Below are positions 1 through 8,806 of a DNA stretch of 64,000 nt, piece after piece. This stretch comes from an uncultured bacterium. Lineage in GTDB: Bacteria > Patescibacteriota > Minisyncoccia > Phycocordibacterales > UBA2100. Under the pieces are notes generated by a model, which ran no database searches, was not told where the DNA came from, and saw nothing but the letters and a program-made list of their open reading frames with translations. Both the position numbers and the translations under genes were made by a program. How positions within the stretch are numbered: position 1 is the first letter of the stretch; each line of letters opens with the position of its first letter. The stretch spans positions 40,697 through 104,696 of the forward strand of contig CAIJXH010000004.1 of the NCBI GenBank assembly GCA_903824595.1. Direction: 5' to 3'.

Positions 1-186
1 GCCGTCGTAAACAAGAAATCAAAAAACCCTAAGTAAAATGCAACCAACACAGAAAAAGCGACGACGAGCATCGTGTATTGTATCGTCTGGGTACGGGTCG
101 GCCATGCCACGTGCTGCAATTCTGCTCGCGTATCTTTTAGATAGGTGAAAAAACTCATACGAGACAACATTATATACTATGCAATA

Positions 187-208
187 ATAAAACCCCTCGC
201 GGGGTTTA
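187..208. terminator. Short GC hairpin (aaaaCCCCtcgcGGGGttt) flanked by A/T runs. Possible intrinsic terminator; the better U-run is on the minus-strand reading.
   Basis: Read directly: 4-bp GC stem extended by A·T pairs, T-rich tract on the minus-strand side. Upstream of the first plus-strand gene. Confidence 0.3.
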
Positions 209-347
209 CGCAATACTATACGAACGCGGGAGGAAGTCAAGCAACTTGCATATTTTTAGGAACATTGTACAATAGCACCCATATCAGCGTTATGTAATCA
301 TGTCGGGCGGGCAGAGCGCAGCTCACGCCACCCACCGCACATCAGAA

Positions 348-1778
348 ATGAACGCAATAAGTCTCGAAGAGACAATCCAAAAAAATAACAAGAGAAAGAA
401 GTCTCGTACTAAGAAAAAGAAAAACGGTTACAAAAAACTGTGGCTTCTTGGGCGAGAAGACGTGAATACTGGTCACTGCGACATCTCACCCGAGGGTGAG
501 CTTATCGTCCGCGAAGGCAACTTTCAATACAACATCCACGATATCATAAAAAAATACGGATCGCCTGCAAAAATATTTTTTCCGAGCATCATCAGTAATC
601 GAGTGCGCGATCTTATAGAAACATTCAACGCGTACATAAAAGTGACGGGGTATCGTGGTCGGTTTGCATATCATTACCCAATGAAAGCAAATCAAAATCG
701 CGAATTTGTACTGCCCGCCGTTGCCGAGGGTGCAAATTTGGAAACATCATCCGCCAATGAACTTTTTTTGGTGAAACGAATGATTGAGCAAGAAAAATTC
801 AACACGAGAATCAGAGTCATTTGCAATGGCCCAAAAACGGAACGGTATATCGAACTTATCGAGGAACTGCGCGCAAAGGGACTTTCGGTCATCCCCATTG
901 TCGAAAACGCCACAGAACTCGAACGTCTCAGTAAATTCAAGGGAGAAATCGGAGTGCGCGTCGACCTGAGCGTCAAGACAAATGGTCATTGGGACAAACA
1001 ATTCAGTCAGTTCGGATTTGCAGAACACGAAATTCTCGCGTTGGGAAAAGTGCGCAATCTTGCAGTATTGCACTATCATATTTCGAGCCAAATGCAGCAC
1101 ATCACCGATTTTATTCAACTCTTGAAACGCGCTCTCGAACTATACGCGAAGCTGCGCGAGAAAAATCCTGGACTTGATACTCTCAATATTGGCAGCGGCG
1201 CTTCTGTGCCATACGACAAACGAAAACGTCTCTATTCTGGAAAATCGCTCATAAGTCAAATCATTCGATCAGCAAAAAAACAATGCGAGACGCTCGGTAT
1301 ACGTCACCCCAATCTCATCGTTGAATGGGGGCAATACGTTATGGCACCTGCACAAATGACCATCTACAAAGTCATATCGGAAAAACAAGCATACAACAAA
1401 GGCGGTAACCACTGGTACACGATCGATGGCAGCTTCATCAACGACCTCACCGATACATGGGCGATCAAACAAAAATGGCACGTGGTTCCTGTCAACCATC
1501 TGCACAATCGTAAACTAACGCATACGTGGCTCGTTGGATCGACGTGCGATAGCGACGATCGGTATACGGCAGGCGGCTCATACATTCCGTTGCCTCGTCT
1601 TGAAGACTGCGATGAACTTTTCATTGCGCTCTTCGACACGGGAGCATATCAAGACACCCTTGCGTCACATCACTGTCTTTTGTCTGCTCCCATCAAACTC
1701 ATGGCGGCAAATGGCGAGGTCAAGGTCGTGCGCAAGCGCGAAACACCAGAAGATGTTGGCAAGCAATTTGGATGGTAG
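348..1778 (+). CDS. speA: Biosynthetic arginine decarboxylase (SpeA-like, alanine-racemase-fold PLP decarboxylase).
   Basis: Motifs HYPMKANQ (PLP-lysine region), LETSSANEL and VICNGPKTERYIEL parallel E. coli SpeA VYPIKVNQ / LEAGSKAEL / IVCNGYKDREYIRL. Start chosen at an internal Met (MNAISLEE); the ORF track starts at 300. Confidence 0.7.
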   Translation: MNAISLEETIQKNNKRKKSRTKKKKNGYKKLWLLGREDVNTGHCDISPEGELIVREGNFQYNIHDIIKKYGSPAKIFFPSIISNRVRDLIETFNAYIKVTGYRGRFAYHYPMKANQNREFVLPAVAEGANLETSSANELFLVKRMIEQEKFNTRIRVICNGPKTERYIELIEELRAKGLSVIPIVENATELERLSKFKGEIGVRVDLSVKTNGHWDKQFSQFGFAEHEILALGKVRNLAVLHYHISSQMQHITDFIQLLKRALELYAKLREKNPGLDTLNIGSGASVPYDKRKRLYSGKSLISQIIRSAKKQCETLGIRHPNLIVEWGQYVMAPAQMTIYKVISEKQAYNKGGNHWYTIDGSFINDLTDTWAIKQKWHVVPVNHLHNRKLTHTWLVGSTCDSDDRYTAGGSYIPLPRLEDCDELFIALFDTGAYQDTLASHHCLLSAPIKLMAANGEVKVVRKRETPEDVGKQFGW

Positions 1779-1833
1779 TATAGTGGAAGATTTGTACAAA
1801 TTTGATCGCATTATTTTGTAATTTTGTATCATC

Positions 1834-3066
1834 ATGACAAAAAATACCGGGTGCGTCCTTATTATCGGCGCGGGCGGCGTGGGAAGCGTTGTCGCGCACA
1901 AATGCGCACAAAATAAAGATGTATTCACCAAGATTCACCTCGCAAGTCGCTCGATCGGCAAACCCAACGCAATCAAAAAAGACATCAAGAAACGCTGGGG
2001 CGTTTCCATCACCACGCACATCGTCGACGCCGACAAATCCAAGCAGGTCGCCGCACTCATTCGCAAGATAAAGCCCGCGCTCGTCATCAACGTTGCGCTT
2101 CCCTACCAAGACCTCGCCATCATGGATGCGTGTCTTGCAACTGGCGTGCACTACGTCGACACCGCCAATTACGAACCGCGCGATAAAGCAAAGTTCGAGT
2201 ACAAGTGGCAGTGGGCGTACCAGAACAAATTCAAAAAGAAAGGCATCATGGCAGTCTTGGGAGCCGGATTTGATCCTGGCGTAAGCAACGCGTACTGTGC
2301 ATACGTCTTGAAAAAACACTTTGATACGGTGCGTTTCGTCGACATTCTCGACGCCAATGCCGGCAGCCACGAGAAGGCGTTTGCGACCAATTTCAACCCA
2401 GAGATCAACATTCGCGAAGTTACCCAAACCGTACGCCACTGGGCAAACGGGAAATGGATTGAAACTCCCGCGGTGATGGATAAAGGTAGCGTACATTTTT
2501 CTTTCGACTATCCAATCGCCGGACCAAAAGAAAGTTACCTGCTCTACCATGAGGAGATGGAATCGCTCGTCAAACATCTTCCCGGACTGGAACGCATGCG
2601 TTTCTGGATGACCTTCTCCGAAAATTACCTCAACCACTTGCGCGTCATGGAAAACATTGGTATCTCGAGCATCAAGCCAATCGACTTCCAAGGTAAAAAA
2701 ATAGTGCCGATTGAATTCCTGAAAGCGATCCTCCCCGATCCAGCTTCGCTCGCCACCAAATACACCGGCAAAACGGTAATCGGCTGCATCGTCACTGGAG
2801 TGAAAGACGGAAAAGAGAGCACGAAATACATTTACAACGTCTGCGACCACGAGGAATCATTCAAAGAAGTCGGCTCACAGGCGATCTCCTACACCACCGG
2901 CGTACCCGCGATGTCGGCAGCACTGATGGTGATGAAAGGCATCTGGAGCGGCAAAGGAGTGTTCAACATCGAACAGCTCGATCCCGAACCATTCCTCGAA
3001 ACAGTATCCAAGAACGGACTCCCCTTCACCGTCGTCGATTACACGCCATTGCCGGAGAAGATATAG
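1834..3066 (+). CDS. Carboxynorspermidine/carboxyspermidine dehydrogenase (saccharopine-dehydrogenase-like, NAD(P)-binding).
   Basis: N-terminal Rossmann motif VLIIGAGGVGSVVAHK. ~410 aa, the size of the CANSDH family. Sits between polyamine decarboxylases. Confidence 0.75.
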   Translation: MTKNTGCVLIIGAGGVGSVVAHKCAQNKDVFTKIHLASRSIGKPNAIKKDIKKRWGVSITTHIVDADKSKQVAALIRKIKPALVINVALPYQDLAIMDACLATGVHYVDTANYEPRDKAKFEYKWQWAYQNKFKKKGIMAVLGAGFDPGVSNAYCAYVLKKHFDTVRFVDILDANAGSHEKAFATNFNPEINIREVTQTVRHWANGKWIETPAVMDKGSVHFSFDYPIAGPKESYLLYHEEMESLVKHLPGLERMRFWMTFSENYLNHLRVMENIGISSIKPIDFQGKKIVPIEFLKAILPDPASLATKYTGKTVIGCIVTGVKDGKESTKYIYNVCDHEESFKEVGSQAISYTTGVPAMSAALMVMKGIWSGKGVFNIEQLDPEPFLETVSKNGLPFTVVDYTPLPEKI

Positions 3067-3089
3067 CGTGTTTGTGGTATAATACAGGG

Positions 3090-3314
3090 ATGGAATTCCG
3101 CCGCTCACTCTTCTGGGACGTTGATCCCTCGACCATCGACGAGGAGAAACATGCGCGCTACATCATCGAGCGCATTCTCGATTTCGGCACCGACAAAGAA
3201 GCCCGGTGGATGTATCAGCGGTATCCGCACACCATCATTCGCGACGTACTGAATCATTCTCGCGTGCTGATTCCAAAGACACGAGCGTTATGGAACGAAC
3301 TAATTCCTCAATGA
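3090..3314 (+). CDS. Small conserved protein (LFWDVDPSTID...YIIERILDFG). Putative cognate antitoxin/partner of the downstream AbiEii-type nucleotidyltransferase.
   Basis: 74-aa ORF whose stop overlaps the next start (ATGA). The motif resembles small partners seen next to DUF1814/AbiEii genes; function inferred from context only. Confidence 0.45.
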   Translation: MEFRRSLFWDVDPSTIDEEKHARYIIERILDFGTDKEARWMYQRYPHTIIRDVLNHSRVLIPKTRALWNELIPQ

Positions 3315-3976
3315 CATTACATCTTGATGCACTGCCGGCAGCCACGCAACGCGCGTTTGAGTTTTTCTCCAACGCAAAGTGGTTAGCCGACGACACATGG
3401 TACCTTGCGGGTGGCACCGCACTCACCCTTCAGGTCGGACACCGTAGTTCTGAAGATCTTGATTTCTTCACGCAACATAAAGAATTTTCACAAACAAGCG
3501 TATTGAATCATCTGTCTGAGCCGGATTGGGTGACGAACGACATGTGGGAAGGAACAATCTACGGCGCATATAAACATGCAAAGGTGAGCTTTATCGCCTA
3601 TCCATTTTTCGTGCCGAAAGCGGAAAAAATAGCTCATGGCGCGCTTTCAATGCTATCCATGCGCGACATCGCCGTCATGAAAATTATTGCGACCAGTCAG
3701 CGCGGACGCAAACGCGATTTCCTCGACCTCTATTGGTATGCAAAAAACGCCGAGCCGCTCCTTGACATCATCCTTCGCCTGCCGGAACAGTATCCGACAG
3801 TCGCACACGACTATCAGCATATTCTCAAAAGCATGCTGTATTTCTCCGACGCCGACAACGACCCGATGCCCACCCTCTTCTTCAAAGCCGACTGGGACGA
3901 AATCAAATCCTTCTTCCGTCGCGAGATTCCTCCGATTGCGAAACGATTGATGGGATTAGAAGAAAACAACATATGA
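3311..3976 (+). CDS. Nucleotidyltransferase AbiEii/AbiGii toxin-family protein (type IV TA toxin-like).
   Basis: Motifs LAGGTALTLQVGHRSSEDLDFF (GGTAL...R.SEDLDF) typical of the DUF1814/AbiEii NTase fold. Start at MTLHL, overlapping the upstream stop; its stop overlaps the nspC start (ATGA). Confidence 0.6.
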   Translation: MTLHLDALPAATQRAFEFFSNAKWLADDTWYLAGGTALTLQVGHRSSEDLDFFTQHKEFSQTSVLNHLSEPDWVTNDMWEGTIYGAYKHAKVSFIAYPFFVPKAEKIAHGALSMLSMRDIAVMKIIATSQRGRKRDFLDLYWYAKNAEPLLDIILRLPEQYPTVAHDYQHILKSMLYFSDADNDPMPTLFFKADWDEIKSFFRREIPPIAKRLMGLEENNI

Positions 3977-5196
3977 GTATTCGTCCCGCGTCTCGCTTAA
4001 TTCCAGAGCACGTACCCACCCCCGCCTTCGTCATCGAAGAACATGTACTTCGACATAATCTTTCGATTTTGAAGCGTGTGCGGGAGGCAACGGGCTGCAA
4101 GATGTTCCAAGCGCTCAAGACGTGGGCGACGTGGGAGCTATTCCCCATCGTGCGCGAGTACCTCGACGGCACGGAGGTGAGCTCGCTCAACGAAGCGCGG
4201 CTCGGCTACGATGAATTCAACCACAACGTGCACATGTACGCGCCCGCGTACAAAGATGAGGAATTTGCCGACATTCTGAAATACTGCTCAACCATCATTT
4301 TCAACTCCTTTGGTCAGTGGAAGAAATTCAAGCCGCAGGTGGAAGCATTCGAGAAAGAGACAGGGCAAAAGCGCGAGTGCGGCTTGCGCATCAATCCCGA
4401 GCACACCGGAAAAAATGAGCATGGCGGCTTGTGGAGTCCGTGCGCACCCGGCTCGCGTCTTGGCATCCGCATCAGCGAGTTTGAAACAGCGCTTGCGGCA
4501 GATCCGCACGCACTCGACGGCATCAGCGGATTCCATTTCCACATCTTCTTCGACAAGCAGCTACCCGACCTCGCCGATGCACTGCCAGTGATTGAAGAAA
4601 AATTTGGGAAATATTTCGCAGAGATGCAGTGGATCAACTTTGGCGGCGGTCAGCAGATCACCAACGACGAGTACGACGTGGAAGGACTCATCACACTGAT
4701 TACTGAGTTTCAGAAAAAACACGGCGTTGTCGCCCACCTCGAACCGGGTGCCGCCACTGTAAAACTCGTCGGCGCACTAGTCGCTTCCGTGCTCGACATC
4801 GTGCATCGCGACGATGTTCCGTATAAAATCGCCGTGCTCGACATGTCGTTCAATGCGCACACGCCCGACTTCCTCCTCTCCCCCGATCTCGATATGCCGA
4901 TACGTGGTGCACGCATCGTGCGCACCGCTTCCGACATCACGCAGGACGAGCACGCCTACCAGCTCGCCGGAGGCACCTGTGTGACCGGCGACAAACTCGC
5001 ACAGTTCCACATCTTCGACCAGCCACTCAAGCACGGCGACCGTATCGTGATGGAAGACGGCATCCAATACAACATGGTACAGTGCACAATGTTCAACGGC
5101 GTCCAGCATCCCGCAATCTACTTTCTGAAGGAAACCGGCGAAATGCACTTGATTCGCCGCTTTACGTACGACGATTTCCGCGCGAGAATGGGCTGA
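3973..5196 (+). CDS. nspC: Carboxynorspermidine decarboxylase (NspC/CANSDC; PLP-dependent, Orn/DAP/Arg decarboxylase fold).
   Basis: ~407 aa. N-terminal PAFVIEEHVLRHNL and GGGQQ / HLEPGAA motifs of the fold III decarboxylases. Adjacent to CANSDH. Confidence 0.75.
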   Translation: MSIRPASRLIPEHVPTPAFVIEEHVLRHNLSILKRVREATGCKMFQALKTWATWELFPIVREYLDGTEVSSLNEARLGYDEFNHNVHMYAPAYKDEEFADILKYCSTIIFNSFGQWKKFKPQVEAFEKETGQKRECGLRINPEHTGKNEHGGLWSPCAPGSRLGIRISEFETALAADPHALDGISGFHFHIFFDKQLPDLADALPVIEEKFGKYFAEMQWINFGGGQQITNDEYDVEGLITLITEFQKKHGVVAHLEPGAATVKLVGALVASVLDIVHRDDVPYKIAVLDMSFNAHTPDFLLSPDLDMPIRGARIVRTASDITQDEHAYQLAGGTCVTGDKLAQFHIFDQPLKHGDRIVMEDGIQYNMVQCTMFNGVQHPAIYFLKETGEMHLIRRFTYDDFRARMG

Positions 5197-6245
5197 TGGA
5201 AAAAGATTTTGATCCCAATGGAATCGGGCAAGAAAACGCAGGCATATTTGGATTACCATTCTCACCGAGCGAAGCGCAATTGGTACTTATCCCCGCACCG
5301 TGGGGCGTGACAGTTTCATATGGTGGAGGAACGCAAGAAGGACCGCGGGCAATCTATAAAGCGTCGCCGCAAATAGATTTCTACCACCCGAGCTATGGAT
5401 CAGATTCATGGAAACTCGGTATCGCGATGCTGCCACTACACGAGTGGGACGACGCATACCAGAAAGGACTCGCGCTGCGCACGCGCGCCGAGGCATACAT
5501 TGAAGAGCTCGGTCGCGGCACACCGAGCGATATGGAAGATGCGCTCGCCTCGATCAACACAGGATGTGGAGAATTCCACGCGCGCATAGAACGCACCGCT
5601 ATTGATCTCCTCAACCAAAACAAACTCGTCGGAATTGTGGGAGGCGATCACTCCACATCACTCGGACTCATGCGGGCACTCGCCAAGAAGCACGGCGACT
5701 TCGGCATTCTTCAAATCGACGCACACTGCGATCTGCGCGACGCGTACGAAGGATTCACGTACTCACATGCCTCGATTATGCACAACGCCCTGAAAATGAA
5801 CGGGGTGCAAAAACTCACACAGGTCGGTATTCGTGATTATTCTATCGGCGAGTACGAAACCATCGCCACATCCAACGGCCGCATCCACACGTTCTTCGAC
5901 ACCGATCTCACACAGCGGCAGTTCCGCGGAGAATCCTGGCACACGATCGTGGAGAGTATCGTGGAGACACTGCCGCAAAACGTATACGTCAGTTTCGACA
6001 TCGACGGACTTGATCCTGCGCTTTGTCCGCACACCGGCACTCCTGTACCGGGCGGATTGCAATTCCATGAAGCACTGTATCTTATCCGAGCTGTCGCGGA
6101 GTCTGGAAAACACATGATTGGCTTTGATGTGAACGAAGTGTCCCCGTCGCACGCAAACGAGTGGGACGCCAACGTCGGCATGCGCATCCTCTGGAACATT
6201 GCGCTCTGGGCGGCAAAGTCCAATGGACTCAACCCGCTTTCATGA
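5196..6245 (+). CDS. speB: Agmatinase (ureohydrolase/arginase family).
   Basis: Mn-binding motifs GGDHSTSLG, DAHCDLRD, SFDIDGLDP. Start at MEKDF overlaps the nspC stop (ATGA). Confidence 0.8.
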   Translation: MEKDFDPNGIGQENAGIFGLPFSPSEAQLVLIPAPWGVTVSYGGGTQEGPRAIYKASPQIDFYHPSYGSDSWKLGIAMLPLHEWDDAYQKGLALRTRAEAYIEELGRGTPSDMEDALASINTGCGEFHARIERTAIDLLNQNKLVGIVGGDHSTSLGLMRALAKKHGDFGILQIDAHCDLRDAYEGFTYSHASIMHNALKMNGVQKLTQVGIRDYSIGEYETIATSNGRIHTFFDTDLTQRQFRGESWHTIVESIVETLPQNVYVSFDIDGLDPALCPHTGTPVPGGLQFHEALYLIRAVAESGKHMIGFDVNEVSPSHANEWDANVGMRILWNIALWAAKSNGLNPLS

Positions 6246-6301
6246 CCTCACGCGCCCATACATTGATCTCGTCGCTTGAAAATGTTGTTCGCATATTCTT
6301 T

Positions 6302-6333
6302 TCTTTTGTTAATTGACTAAGGTTAACAAAAGA
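6302..6333. other. AT-rich perfect hairpin (TCTTTTGTTAA-10 nt-TTAACAAAAGA) between speB and tRNA-Ser. Possible terminator or structured spacer.
   Basis: 11-bp perfect inverted repeat read directly. No clean U-run follows, so terminator function is uncertain. Confidence 0.25.
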
Positions 6334-6372
6334 AAGCTGTGCCCCGTGTCCACTTTTTGGGGTACAGATCAC

Positions 6373-6460
6373 TGGCGGAGGGGGTGGGATTCGAACCCAC
6401 GGTGCCTTGCGACACACCTGTTTTCAAGACAGGAGCACTAGACCACTATGCGACCCCTCC
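6373..6460 (-). tRNA. tRNA-Ser (anticodon TGA) with long variable arm and encoded CCA.
   Basis: Reverse complement folds as acceptor GGAGGGG/CCCCTCC, anticodon stem CCTGT/ACAGG with loop CTTGAAA, long variable arm, T-arm GTGGGTTCGAATCCCAC, discriminator G, CCA. Confidence 0.8.
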
Positions 6461-6503
6461 TACGAGTCTTTTGTACCATACAACCACCCACCCCACCACT
6501 GCT

Positions 6504-8477
6504 CTACCGCACCGTTACCAATGCCGTCGCGCTTCGCGTGTTGCCGCCGAGCGTCGCGCATTGAATGGCAAACGTGGTCGATGTGGCAAGAGCAGGGGTG
6601 ATCACCGTCCCGTTGACCGCAGTATTGCTTGCGTTGGAGGCAGTGAAGCTGGGCAGATCGGGACTCGACACCACGCACGAGCTCATCCCCGACGTAACCC
6701 ACCCGAGCGTCGATTTGTCGCCCGCGACGATCGCTGCTGGATTTGCCACAAATATCAGTGACACGCGCGCCACCTGCACCGAACACTGCGCCGTACCCGT
6801 GAGCCCACTGTCTGTACACGTGAGACCAAACGTCGCCGTGTTGCTGCCTGCGAGAGGATTGGGCGCTGCCACCGTAACAGGACTCGAGCTTGCCGCCGAA
6901 AACCCTCCGCCCACCGCCGTCCCCGACGAACACGAATACGATACCGTAACAGGCGCGCCCACATCCGCCACGCTTGGCGCACACGCAATAGATGCCGTCG
7001 GGGTCGTTTTGGCTGCCACCGTTGCCGACGCAGCACCAGGCACACACTGCCATCCCGATATGCACGATCCGCTATACGTCGCACGCCACGCTCCACCTGT
7101 GCACGAGCTACTATCGGGCTGCGAGGGCTGATTACCACACGACGAAGCGGAAGGATAGGGAGAATACCCATACCCGCTATTGGCATTCTTGTTGCCAGAA
7201 AAGAGCCCCGATACCATGCTTCCTATCGCATATATGCCCGCCCCCTGAATGATGCCGTTCATCAACCCTCCGCTCTCACCACCCAAAAAGCCCGAGTAGT
7301 TGCCCTTCCCAAAGTCACCGCCAGGTCCTGCACCTATCTTGATGCAATCTTTGCCAATGAGCGAGTAGCCGTCGAGCAACGTACACGCGCCTGATTGCTT
7401 GTTCCTTTTCATACACGGCACATCGGGTGTACACGCTCCACCCGTGGCACCTTCAGCAATACTCTTTCTTTCTCCATCACCATTCAACTTTGGAGGAGGT
7501 TGATTGGGATTAGCTGGAGCAGCTGGATCAGGTGAGGCTGGAGATTGAGCGGGCTTCGGTTGAATGTTTTCTGCCTGCGTGCCATTGTCTGCTTGTGTAT
7601 CACCAAGGTAAGTCTCGCGTACGTAAGATCCCTGAGGGGTCCTGCTGTTAGGATTGGTGCAGACTCCCTCTCCATTATTAGCATGATCTTTGCACACAAG
7701 TTGTGCCGGCGGAACAACGGGAGCCGGTGGACGCAAGAAATCTCCACATGTTCCTGCTGTGCGACTGGAGATTCGACTAACCGGTTCTTTTCCGTCTCCT
7801 GTGTAACGGCCTTCTTTATTATAATCTGGAATATTTGTAAACTCACACACCGTGCTAGCTCCTGAGTTGTCCTTCACCAACAATCTGCATTCTGTTGCGT
7901 TAATGTCTGCACAATCGTTGTCTTGTTTCGCACGTTCACATCTAGCTTCAAGAATATCTTTTGAATTTGAAGAAGGTGGTGTGCAGGAAACGTTTCCAAA
8001 ACTACAATAATTATTCTGATATTTTTTCCACTCCCCCCCCGTAAATACACCTCTGGAGTTCTCGCTTTCGTAGGTAACGTTGCCTAGAGTACACCTTTCG
8101 TTCCGAGAATTAGCGCTCCATTCAGGAATTAGGTTCTGATTTCCTTTTACATAATAGAAACATTGTGTCGATCTGGCTTTTGCAATAATACAATTGTTCA
8201 TTGTATCAGGTGTGTCACTTGCGAGACACTCAGTAAATTTCTGCTTGTAAATAACTCGCACCTCTCCAGGAAAACAATTCTTGATTGTAATTTTATCGTT
8301 GTTTGATATCGACGCGGCCTCTGCGGCCGCGGTCTGCGACGCGCGGTTGAGCTGTGCAAACTGCGCAGTGGCGGTGGCGCCGAGCATGCCGACAAGCATG
8401 ATACCTCCCAAGATCGAAGACCCGCGCGCTACCCGAGATGAACACCGATACATCTCGTCATGATCGCGCGAAAGCAC
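6504..8477 (-). CDS. Large secreted/membrane-anchored Gly/Ser/Thr/Cys-rich low-complexity protein (hypothetical).
   Basis: 657-aa ORF with N-terminal hydrophobic segment and many Cys. Its C-terminal ~80 aa share a module with ORF 33387..34841 (see findings). Confidence 0.5.
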   Translation of the reverse strand: MLSRDHDEMYRCSSRVARGSSILGGIMLVGMLGATATAQFAQLNRASQTAAAEAASISNNDKITIKNCFPGEVRVIYKQKFTECLASDTPDTMNNCIIAKARSTQCFYYVKGNQNLIPEWSANSRNERCTLGNVTYESENSRGVFTGGEWKKYQNNYCSFGNVSCTPPSSNSKDILEARCERAKQDNDCADINATECRLLVKDNSGASTVCEFTNIPDYNKEGRYTGDGKEPVSRISSRTAGTCGDFLRPPAPVVPPAQLVCKDHANNGEGVCTNPNSRTPQGSYVRETYLGDTQADNGTQAENIQPKPAQSPASPDPAAPANPNQPPPKLNGDGERKSIAEGATGGACTPDVPCMKRNKQSGACTLLDGYSLIGKDCIKIGAGPGGDFGKGNYSGFLGGESGGLMNGIIQGAGIYAIGSMVSGLFSGNKNANSGYGYSPYPSASSCGNQPSQPDSSSCTGGAWRATYSGSCISGWQCVPGAASATVAAKTTPTASIACAPSVADVGAPVTVSYSCSSGTAVGGGFSAASSSPVTVAAPNPLAGSNTATFGLTCTDSGLTGTAQCSVQVARVSLIFVANPAAIVAGDKSTLGWVTSGMSSCVVSSPDLPSFTASNASNTAVNGTVITPALATSTTFAIQCATLGGNTRSATALVTVR

Positions 8478-8806
8478 CGCAAGCGCAATACCACCCCAGT
8501 GGAAATCCTAGGGCGTATCCCCTCACGACATGTTCAATGATCCCGATCGTTGACATCTGTCGTATCCCCTTGCCTAATTCAAACCCCCTTGACCCGCAGG
8601 TGCAGGGGGGGTAGGGTGAACAGGTTGGGAGCGTTTCTGCATCTCGGTACCGTGTGGTGTGCCTCCGTGACAGCGAGGCATAGCGACACAATTTCTGCTT
8701 TCCCCTACGCGCAACCACACAAAAAAGGCTTATCATCGTCGGCACACAACATCCTTCCACGAGCGTGGCATGCTCGCGTGCAAGGAACCATACAGTCGGG
8801 CACGTC

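Noticed and set aside
1720-2850. 376-aa minus-strand ORF antisense to the carboxynorspermidine dehydrogenase gene.
   Set aside because: Shadow ORF in a GC-rich coding region. The plus-strand frame carries clear Rossmann/enzyme motifs, whereas the antisense translation is low-complexity and motif-free. Same reasoning applies to other long antisense ORFs (8458..9342-, 12734..13381-, 17016..17846+, 36051..37109+, 60821..61636+, 6460..7065-, 6565..7131+).
6339-6761. 140-aa plus-strand ORF overlapping tRNA-Ser.
   Set aside because: Overlaps a well-folded tRNA and the start of the secreted protein gene. Arg/Pro-rich translation typical of spurious ORFs.
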